From assembly GCA_038153405.1 (NCBI GenBank), contig JAYOYH010000086.1, positions 1 to 13,626 on the forward strand: a stretch of 13,626 bases of DNA. The letters run 5' to 3'. The notes under the pieces were generated by a model. The model had not been told where the DNA came from. It ran no database searches and saw nothing but the letters and a program-made list of their open reading frames with translations. The stretch is from Gemmatimonadota bacterium (lineage in GTDB: Bacteria > Latescibacterota > UBA2968 > UBA8231). Made by a program: the position numbers and the translations under genes. Position 1 is the first letter of the stretch. Each line of letters starts with the position of its first letter. Below, one piece after another: positions 7,946 through 13,626 of the stretch.

Positions 7946-8611
7946 CTAGTCGTCCGAGCCGCCGCGGGCCAGCATGACGTAGTAGAGCAGCTGCATAACG
8001 GCCGCGGCCGTTGCGGCTACGTAGGTCATGGCCGCGGCGTTGAGTACCTTGCGCGCCGAGCCTACTTCGTCGCCGGCCAGATAGCCGCCGTTGGCTAAGA
8101 TGGCCATGGCGCGCGAGCTGGCGTTGAACTCGACGGGCAGGGTGACGATCTGAAAGAGCACGGCGCCGGCAAAGAAGATCACGCCGATGTTTACCAAACC
8201 CATGGCGCCAAAGATCATGCCAGCCAAGATGAGCGGCATGCCCAGCTGCGATCCCAAATTGGCGACCGGAAGGATGGCGTGGCGCAGATTGAGCGGGTAG
8301 TAACCCGTGGCGTGCTGAATGGCGTGTCCCACTTCGTGGGCGGCGACGGCCAGCCCGGCCAGGTGGTGGCCGTGAAAATTATCCGAGGAAAGGCGAACGA
8401 CCTTGTCGCGCGGATCGTAGTGGTCCGACAGCGTGCCGCCCACTTCCTCGACGCCAACGTCGTAAATGCCGTTTTCGCGCAGAATGCGCCGCGCCGTTTC
8501 CGCCCCGCTAATACCCGCCATTGAGCCAACCCTGCTGTACTTTTTAAAGGCACTGCGCACTTTCCACTGCGCTAGGGCGACCAGAATCATGGGAAGAATA
8601 AAGTAGAGCAT
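7946..8611 (-). CDS. Membrane neutral zinc metallopeptidase (YugP / Zn_peptidase_2 family); 221 aa
   Basis: Family motifs SGAETARRIL, LSDHYDP...VRLS, AVAAHEVGHAIQH (HExxH), TLPVEFNASSRA and VL.AAA.TYVA, with several hydrophobic helices. GAGGAG RBS 10 nt upstream of the ATG. Confidence 0.93.
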   Translation of the reverse strand: MLYFILPMILVALAQWKVRSAFKKYSRVGSMAGISGAETARRILRENGIYDVGVEEVGGTLSDHYDPRDKVVRLSSDNFHGHHLAGLAVAAHEVGHAIQHATGYYPLNLRHAILPVANLGSQLGMPLILAGMIFGAMGLVNIGVIFFAGAVLFQIVTLPVEFNASSRAMAILANGGYLAGDEVGSARKVLNAAAMTYVAATAAAVMQLLYYVMLARGGSDD

Positions 8612-8695
8612 TGCAGGACAACTCCTCGGTTAGAAAGAGTGAAATATGGTTTTGTGTGTGTTCGACGCCGAAAGGCATCGATGCGCTCAGTATAG

Positions 8696-8723
8696 ATTAT
8701 AGAAAACCGCGGAATGCTGGCAA
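8696..8723 (-). promoter_or_regulatory. sigma70-type promoter for the metallopeptidase gene
   Basis: Minus strand TTGCCA (8723-8718), 16-nt spacer, TATAAT (8701-8696). About 85 nt upstream of the ATG at 8611. Confidence 0.7.
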
Positions 8724-8737
8724 GCACCCCGCGGTTT
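8700..8737 (-). terminator. Intrinsic terminator of the hsp20 pair
   Basis: Minus strand AAACCGCGGGGTGCT-TGCC-AGCATTCCGCGGTTT is fully paired with two G-U pairs and runs into TTTTCTAT. It begins 5 nt after the stop codon at 8743. Confidence 0.8.
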
Positions 8738-8742
8738 GCATG

Positions 8743-9111
8743 CTAGTTGAGCGCTACGGGAATCGTGCGGGGCTGTGCGCGCTCGGCCTTAGGCAGCGTG
8801 AGCGTGAGCAGGCCGTCCTTTAGTTCGGCCTGTATGCCGGTGCCGTCTATGGCATCGCTCAGGCGAAAGTGGCGTTCGTAGGCCAGCGCTTCGACGCTGT
8901 TTCCCTCGCTGCCTGCGTAGCGGATGGCGCGCGTATGAGCCCGCACCGTTAGTGCGCTGTGTTCGAGCGTGATGTGCAGATCGTCGGCGGCGACCCCGGG
9001 CAACTCTAGCTGGGCCTGGTAGCCCGCTTCGACCGCATATATATCGGCGCGCGGAGTGCGCGTTTGTAAGGGGCGCTTTTCTTCCGTTGTCTGAATGGCT
9101 TCGGTGGTCAT
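8743..9111 (-). CDS. Small heat-shock protein (Hsp20/alpha-crystallin), second copy; 122 aa
   Basis: Motifs PRADIY, ELPGV, L.I.LE...LTV, YERHFRL, I.AELKDGLLTLTLPK and C-terminal IPV (I-x-I/V). The ATG at 9111 is correctly spaced from the AGGAG RBS at 9120-9124, whereas the TTG at 9117 is too close. Confidence 0.93.
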   Translation of the reverse strand: MTTEAIQTTEEKRPLQTRTPRADIYAVEAGYQAQLELPGVAADDLHITLEHSALTVRAHTRAIRYAGSEGNSVEALAYERHFRLSDAIDGTGIQAELKDGLLTLTLPKAERAQPRTIPVALN

Positions 9112-9145
9112 GGTCAATTCTCCTATTGTGTTGGATTGAACGGAT

Positions 9146-9556
9146 CTACTGAACGGCGATTTCGATTTTGCGCGGCTTGTCCGCTTCCAGGCGCGGCAGG
9201 CGAATTTCTAGGATGCCGTCCGTTAGGCGAGCCTGCGCTGCATCCGCGTCTACGGCAAAGGGCAGGTGCACGCGGCGGTCAAAGCGGCCGATCCATCGCT
9301 CGCGGCGCAGGTATTCGCGCTCGCCGTCGGTTGTGCGCTCGCCGCTGATGCGCAAAGTATGTTCGCGTACTTCCACTTCGATTTGGTCGAGGGCAAAGCC
9401 GGGAAGTTCGGCGCGCACGACCGCTTCATCTGTGCTGGTCCACATGCCAACGGGTGGATATGCGGTCGAGGGCCAGCGGTCGACGAGGCGATCTATCTCG
9501 GTGTGGATGGCCGCAGCGGGATGGGCGATGCGCAGCAAATGAGGTAAGGTCAACAT
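9146..9556 (-). CDS. Small heat-shock protein (Hsp20/alpha-crystallin), first copy; 136 aa
   Basis: Motifs YPPV, AELPG, LRISGER, YLRRER..GRF.R.V.LP..VD, A.L.DGILEI.LP and KPRKIEI. ATG at 9556 with AAGGAG RBS at 9566-9571. Confidence 0.95.
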   Translation of the reverse strand: MLTLPHLLRIAHPAAAIHTEIDRLVDRWPSTAYPPVGMWTSTDEAVVRAELPGFALDQIEVEVREHTLRISGERTTDGEREYLRRERWIGRFDRRVHLPFAVDADAAQARLTDGILEIRLPRLEADKPRKIEIAVQ

Positions 9557-9615
9557 GAGTATCAACTCCTTGTTAGGTGTATGTGGCGCAGTTTGCCGTG
9601 GTTCACCCGGTCTTT

Positions 9616-9631
9616 CGCAAAGCGCGTGCCA
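9616..9631 (-). promoter_or_regulatory. sigma54 (RpoN) -24/-12 promoter of the hsp20 operon
   Basis: Minus strand TGGCACG-CGCT-TTGC-G matches the TGGCACG-N4-TTGC consensus with exact GG-N10-GC spacing. Predicted start site is about 9605, roughly 50 nt before the ATG. Confidence 0.85.
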
Positions 9632-9719
9632 TCGCATTTGAAAAGTTTACATGTATTTATTTTTATTGATCTTATGATTTTTAGGGCCGAAGTGCGCACA
9701 GGTCCTCAAAATGAGAAAA

Positions 9720-9774
9720 AGACAAAGTGGCAGTATCTGTGCTATCGATTTTTGCCAAAGCTGCCATTTTGTCT
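9720..9774. promoter_or_regulatory. Paired quasi-palindromic sites; candidate upstream activator sequences for a sigma54 enhancer-binding protein
   Basis: AGACAAAGTGGCAG (9720-9733) and CTGCCATTTTGTCT (9761-9774) are a 13/14 inverted repeat. Each fits (T)GMCA-N3-TGKC(A). Centres at 9726 and 9768 are 42 bp apart. Confidence 0.6.
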
Positions 9775-9836
9775 CCTGGTTATTGTATTGCTGCGTGCGT
9801 GTGGAATGCGTATCATCATGCGCACCGGGAGGTCCT

Positions 9837-11627
9837 ATGAACACTGCGTGGACGCAGCAGGATACCGATCTATTCGCCTTTTTTGACGATAGTTGCACCG
9901 TCTATCTGCTGCGCTACGGCGATTGTGCGCTAGTCGTCGACTTTGCCACCGGGCGCTGGTTGGACCATTTGGGCGAAATCGGCGTTCGCCATATCGAGCA
10001 CGTCGTTCTCACCCATGCGCACCGCGACCAGTGCTGCGGGCTCTATCGCGGCAAGCGGGGCAACTGGGCGCTGCACGCGCCGGCCGGCGACCAGGCGCTT
10101 TTGACCGCCGAGCCGCATGCGGCGTTTTGGGATACCTACCAACACAACGGCTGTCCAGTCAATTACGCTGCGCCGCGCCTGCCGCTTTCCCACGCCATAT
10201 GCGATTTGCAGGCCGACAGCGAGCGCGAGTTGGGCCCCGTGCGCCTGTGCGCGGTGGCCACGCCTGGCCATACGCGCGGTGCGCTCACCTACCTAGTGGA
10301 GTGGCACGGGCGCGCCCTAGCGTTCTGCGGAGATGCACTGTGCGACAACGGCGCCGTGCATCAGCCCTATCACCTGGAGTGGGATCACTGGACGGCGGGT
10401 GGTGCGCTGGAAGCGTGGCACGGATTGCAGCGCCTAGGCTACTGTCGCATTGATACGCTGCTGCCCTCGCACGGTGCGCCAATCACTCGGCGCGTGCACA
10501 CGGCAGTGAAAAAGACGCAGCGCAACTTGATGCGCCTGCTGCGGGCAAAGGGTTCGGTATGCGCAGGGGCCAAAAACCGCTGGTGGCCGACGGAAGATAT
10601 GGGGTGTGCGCGGCGCGTGCTGCCCCACTTGTACTATTTTGGCGCCAATAGCTTTTTGTTGGTCAGCGCGGGCGGCGATGGACTGGTCGTCGATCCACAG
10701 CGGGCCGATATCGAGCAGTTGGACCCGCTGGTAAAAGCGCTCGGCGTAGAGCGCATCAGCGCGGCGACGGCCACGCACTACCATTCGGATCACTCCGACG
10801 GACTCAATTACGTGCGCCAGCGCTGGGGTGCGGCCGTTTGGCTGCATCCTTGGGTGGCCGAGCCGATTCGCGACCGCAACCGATTCGAGGTGCCGTGGCT
10901 GCCGGCCGAATCGGTCGAAGCGGATCGCCTGCTGCCTACGGAGGGGCGCTTCCGCTGGAACGAGTACGCCTTTTCCATTCGCCCCTTTCCGGGTCAGACC
11001 TGGTGGCACTGCGCGTTTGACGCGCATATTGACGGGCGTCACGTGCTCTTTTCCGGCGATAACTTTCAGCCGCCGTCGCGCTGGAACGGCACGGGTGGTT
11101 TTTGCGCCTTTAATGGCAGCCGCTTTGGCGAGGGTTTTGCCCGTTCGGCGCAGGTAGTGCTCGATATGGCCCCCGATCTGATTTGTAACGGCCACGGCTG
11201 TATCTATCCGTTCTCGGCCGATCAGTACCGGCGTATTGTGCGCTGGTCGGATGGGGCTGAAGAAAGCGTGCGCGCGCTGTGTGCGCACGACGACTGGCTT
11301 GCGGCCTACGATCCGCGCGGCATGCGCCTGCAGCCCTTCGTGCAGCGAGTGCGGCCTGGGAAGAAGCTGGAACTGACGTTTGTTTTTACCAATACGAGTG
11401 CGCAGCGCGTCGATATGGTGCTGCATCCCATCGTGCCGTCGGGTTGGAAAGTCGGTGCTGTGCGCGGGAGGGCGCGCGTAGCGGCCGGTGCGACGCGTGC
11501 GATGCGCATGGAGATTACCCTGCCGCGCCGGGTTTCGGCGGGGCGCTACTTATGCAGTGTCGATGTCGATGTCGATGGCCAGCTGCACGCCGAAGCCTGC
11601 GTGGCGCTAGTCGACGTCGAGCGCTGA
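9837..11627 (+). CDS. Tandem (two-domain) metallo-beta-lactamase-fold hydrolase with C-terminal Ig-like (NEW3/NPCBM-associated-like) domain; 596 aa
   Basis: ATG at 9837 follows GGGAGG (9827-9832). Domain 1: LVVD, THAHRDQ, TPGHT, FCGD, LPSHG. Domain 2: LVVDP, THYHSDH, FPGQT, FSGD, NGHG. The C-terminal ~105 aa are beta-rich (PG...LTF.FTN, VPSGWKV, P.....GRY). Confidence 0.85.
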   Translation: MNTAWTQQDTDLFAFFDDSCTVYLLRYGDCALVVDFATGRWLDHLGEIGVRHIEHVVLTHAHRDQCCGLYRGKRGNWALHAPAGDQALLTAEPHAAFWDTYQHNGCPVNYAAPRLPLSHAICDLQADSERELGPVRLCAVATPGHTRGALTYLVEWHGRALAFCGDALCDNGAVHQPYHLEWDHWTAGGALEAWHGLQRLGYCRIDTLLPSHGAPITRRVHTAVKKTQRNLMRLLRAKGSVCAGAKNRWWPTEDMGCARRVLPHLYYFGANSFLLVSAGGDGLVVDPQRADIEQLDPLVKALGVERISAATATHYHSDHSDGLNYVRQRWGAAVWLHPWVAEPIRDRNRFEVPWLPAESVEADRLLPTEGRFRWNEYAFSIRPFPGQTWWHCAFDAHIDGRHVLFSGDNFQPPSRWNGTGGFCAFNGSRFGEGFARSAQVVLDMAPDLICNGHGCIYPFSADQYRRIVRWSDGAEESVRALCAHDDWLAAYDPRGMRLQPFVQRVRPGKKLELTFVFTNTSAQRVDMVLHPIVPSGWKVGAVRGRARVAAGATRAMRMEITLPRRVSAGRYLCSVDVDVDGQLHAEACVALVDVER

Positions 11628-11638
11628 GGAGAGCCGCT

Positions 11639-12421
11639 ATGAAATTTATCGTCGCCGTTGACTGCGAGGGGGTTGCCTGTGGCGTCGGGTCGCCGGGAGC
11701 CTCGCTCAACGAATCGCGCAACCTCGAATTTGCCAAACTGCAGGCCACCCGCGAAGCGGATGCGGCGGCGCGCGGCTTTTTTGCCGCCGGCGCGGAGCAG
11801 GTCATCGTTTGGGACAATCACAACGGCAGCCTCAATTTGCACTACGACCTGCTCGACGAGCGCTGCGATATTGCCTTGGGCGTGGGGTTTGCACACCGCT
11901 TTCCCGGCTTGGACGAGCGCTTTGCTGGCGTGGCGTTTATCGGCTATCACGCCATGGACAATACGATCGATGCGAATATGTGCCATACCTTTAGCTCGGC
12001 TAGCTATCAATATATGAAGGTCAACGGGCGCGAAACGGGCGAGATGGGGATTGATGGGCACTTTGCCGGAGCCCAAGGCGTGCCGGTTATTTTCGCCGCT
12101 AGCGACGATAAGGGGGTAGCAGAGGCACAGGACTTTTTCCCTGGCATTGAGACGGTAAAGACCAAGGATGCGCTCGGTTGGAACGCCGCCATCAGCAAGC
12201 ACCCCAAGCGCGCTGTCGACGAAATTTACGCGGGTGCGCAGCGGGCTGCCGAGCGTATAGGTGCCGTCGAGCCGTTTCGCTTTGCCGAGCCACTCGAGCT
12301 GGAAATACGATTTAAGCGCATCGAGGCGGCGCAGGCGGCCAGCCGCGGTTTGAAGGCCGGTGAGCGGCTCGATCCCTACAGCGTGCGCTGGCATCTCGAG
12401 TCGCTGGCCGACTACTTTTGA
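11639..12421 (+). CDS. Peptidase family M55 (DppA-like D-aminopeptidase); 260 aa
   Basis: ATG at 11639 follows GAGGAG overlapping the upstream stop. MKFIVAVDCEG (DxEG), WDNH, FIGYHA, CHT, NG...GE and SDD give putative ligands D8, E10, H61, H104, E135 and catalytic H116, spaced as in Bacillus subtilis DppA. Confidence 0.92.
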   Translation: MKFIVAVDCEGVACGVGSPGASLNESRNLEFAKLQATREADAAARGFFAAGAEQVIVWDNHNGSLNLHYDLLDERCDIALGVGFAHRFPGLDERFAGVAFIGYHAMDNTIDANMCHTFSSASYQYMKVNGRETGEMGIDGHFAGAQGVPVIFAASDDKGVAEAQDFFPGIETVKTKDALGWNAAISKHPKRAVDEIYAGAQRAAERIGAVEPFRFAEPLELEIRFKRIEAAQAASRGLKAGERLDPYSVRWHLESLADYF

Positions 12422-12423
12422 TT

Positions 12424-12957
12424 ATGAACCCTGTTAATCTGTCGCCGATGGGCTGTGTGATTGTGCTCGCCCTATTCGTCCTGTGCAGCTGCGCGACGAC
12501 CAATCCTCCGGCACCGTCGCCGCCTTCTCCTGCAGTGCCCGCCACGCGCTTTGTAGCTGCGCCGGTTTTCGATGATGTGGACCAAGACGAATGGGTGGGT
12601 TCGTATGAAGGCGTGGCCGATATCTACTTGGCCGAGGAGGACAGCTGGCAGCGCGGCGTGTCGATCGAGCTCTTTGTTCAGCGCGACGGACAGCGCCTGC
12701 GCATCCTAGGCCAGATGGCGTTGGCCGCTAGCCGACATTCGTTTTACGTAGGCGACGTCGAGGCGGACGAAGAGTCCATGTTGTCGGGTGAATACGCCGA
12801 TGGAGACAGCCGCTACGCCTATTCGCTGGTGCGTTCAGACGATGCGATGAAGGGGTTTGTGAAGATGCACCTGCGCGCCGATGCGTCGGCGGCATTTATA
12901 CCCGGTGACGAGTGGCACGTCGACGTGCAGCGCCGGGCGCTGACCGACCTTCGTTAG
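12424..12957 (+). CDS. Hypothetical exported protein, probable lipoprotein; about 177 aa
   Basis: Hydrophobic segment VIVLALFVLCS|C is lipobox-like. It is followed by a Pro-rich tether (PPAPSPPSPAVP) and an acidic beta-strand-rich domain (W.GSYEG...). Starts 2 nt after the M55 stop. The start codon is uncertain (12424 or 12448). Confidence 0.6.
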   Translation: MNPVNLSPMGCVIVLALFVLCSCATTNPPAPSPPSPAVPATRFVAAPVFDDVDQDEWVGSYEGVADIYLAEEDSWQRGVSIELFVQRDGQRLRILGQMALAASRHSFYVGDVEADEESMLSGEYADGDSRYAYSLVRSDDAMKGFVKMHLRADASAAFIPGDEWHVDVQRRALTDLR

Positions 12958-12991
12958 GTCTCGCCTGCAGGGTGCCCTGAGCGCATAACGC

Positions 12992-13020
12992 TTCCGAATT
13001 GTCGCCCGTCGTTATATCTT
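12992..13020 (+). promoter_or_regulatory. Candidate sigma70-type promoter giving a leaderless queC mRNA
   Basis: TTCCGA (12992-12997), 17-nt spacer, TATCTT (13015-13020), then 7 nt to the ATG. No Shine-Dalgarno sequence upstream. Confidence 0.5.
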
Positions 13021-13027
13021 AGACCGC

Positions 13028-13626
13028 ATGAAAAAGGCGCTCTTATTCAGCGGCGGTATGGATTCGACGACGCTGCTGTGGTGGATGATGGAACGCGGCG
13101 ACGACGTATGCGCCATCAGCATCGACTACGGTCAGCGCCACCAGATCGAACTGCAGCTGGCGGCTGCACTAGCCGCACAACGCGGCGTGTCGCACGAGAC
13201 GATTCCCCTCGACCTGCGCTCGATTGGCGGCAGTCCGCTGACGGACGCCGCACTCGACGTTCCGGCCGCCGAGGACGCTGAACAAATCCGCACGGTCGTT
13301 CCCTTTCGCAATATGCTCTTTGCCACGCTGGCCGCCGCTTATGCAGAGACGCGGGGTATGAGCGAACTCTATCTGGGGCCGGTCAAGGACGACTACGCGG
13401 CCTACCGCGACTGTCGGCGTCTGTTCTACGACAGCCTCGAAAAGAGTTTGAGCCTGGGTGCTACGCACGAGACGGCGTTTCGTCTGCATACGCCCTTTGT
13501 CGAGCTGTGGAAGGTCGACGTCGTGAGGATCGGCCTTGAGCTCGGCGTGCCCTATGCGCAAACGCACACCTGCTACGAAGGGCGTCGTCCGGCCTGTGCG
13601 CGCTGCGATGCCTGCAGCGAGCGCAT
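13028..13626 (+). CDS. queC: 7-cyano-7-deazaguanine (preQ0) synthase, truncated at the right edge
   Basis: Not in the ORF track because it has no stop in the window. Manual translation: MKKALLFSGGMDSTT...DYGQRHQIE...SPLTD...VVPFRN...YRDCR...TPFV..WK..VV..GLELGVPY.QTHTCYEG..PACARCDAC.ER. This shows the PP-loop SGGxDS, YGQRH, VPxRN and the four-Cys zinc site of QueC. Confidence 0.9.
   Translation, partial: MKKALLFSGGMDSTTLLWWMMERGDDVCAISIDYGQRHQIELQLAAALAAQRGVSHETIPLDLRSIGGSPLTDAALDVPAAEDAEQIRTVVPFRNMLFATLAAAYAETRGMSELYLGPVKDDYAAYRDCRRLFYDSLEKSLSLGATHETAFRLHTPFVELWKVDVVRIGLELGVPYAQTHTCYEGRRPACARCDACSER

Noticed and set aside
9557..9605. ROSE or fourU RNA thermometer, or CIRCE/HAIR operator, upstream of hsp20
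   Set aside because: No U(U/C)GCU or UUUU anti-SD pairing and no TTAGCACTC-N9-GAGTGCTAA or CTTGAGT-N7-ACTCAAG. Only a 4-bp GAGT/ACTC stem touches the SD, which is too weak to call.
9638..9683. AT-rich tract as a defined IHF site or a sign of foreign DNA
   Set aside because: Only partial matches to WATCAA-N4-TTR (for example GATCAATAAAAAT). The tract is short and sits within a promoter, so it was kept only as a possible bend region.
9711..9836. Cys-rich 42-aa N-terminal extension of the MBL ORF, and the 9557-9637 extension of the first hsp20
   Set aside because: Both run through the regulatory intergenic region. The downstream ATGs (9837 and 9556) have clear SD sequences.
11559..11577. (GTCGAT)3 repeat
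   Set aside because: It simply encodes the beta-strand VDVDVD.
9837..11627. MBL-fold gene as a beta-lactam resistance determinant
   Set aside because: No signal peptide, a double-domain architecture and a bridging-Asp (GD) ligand pattern typical of non-lactamase MBL-fold hydrolases. There is no mobile context.
11279..11638. 120-aa extension of the M55 ORF suggesting a fusion or long overlap
   Set aside because: It overlaps the MBL gene in another frame. M55 proteins begin at MK.....D.EG, matching the ATG at 11639 with its RBS.
10434..12394. Long antisense ORFs 10434..11426 (330 aa) and 11546..12394 (282 aa)
   Set aside because: They mirror the sense genes and have no recognisable motifs. 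Long stop-free antisense frames are expected in high-GC coding DNA.

Overview
GC-rich bacterial chromosomal window from a diderm organism, with no mobile element, CRISPR array or RNA gene that I can support. The minus strand carries, in transcription order: two tandem Hsp20 small heat-shock genes behind a consensus sigma54 promoter with paired upstream palindromes; a YugP-type membrane zinc metallopeptidase whose sigma70-type promoter lies inside the hsp20 terminator; and a tightly coupled operon of a secreted DUF4412-like protein, a TamB/AsmA-like protein (1422 aa), an Omp85 TamA/BamA-like protein (711 aa) and ilvD (truncated at the window edge). The plus strand carries a double metallo-beta-lactamase-fold protein with a C-terminal Ig-like domain, an M55 (DppA-like) aminopeptidase, a putative lipoprotein and a probably leaderless queC (truncated). 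The most unusual part is the TAM-like envelope module. It has tamB-before-tamA order and a translationally coupled third periplasmic partner. The Omp85 barrel has an acidic (DDFFGE)n tandem-repeat loop and a non-canonical loop-6 motif, and TamB carries 20 D-(S/T)-(A/L/V/I/M/T) motifs that match the Bacteroidota O-glycosylation sequon. All family calls come from motif recognition by eye; no database search was run.
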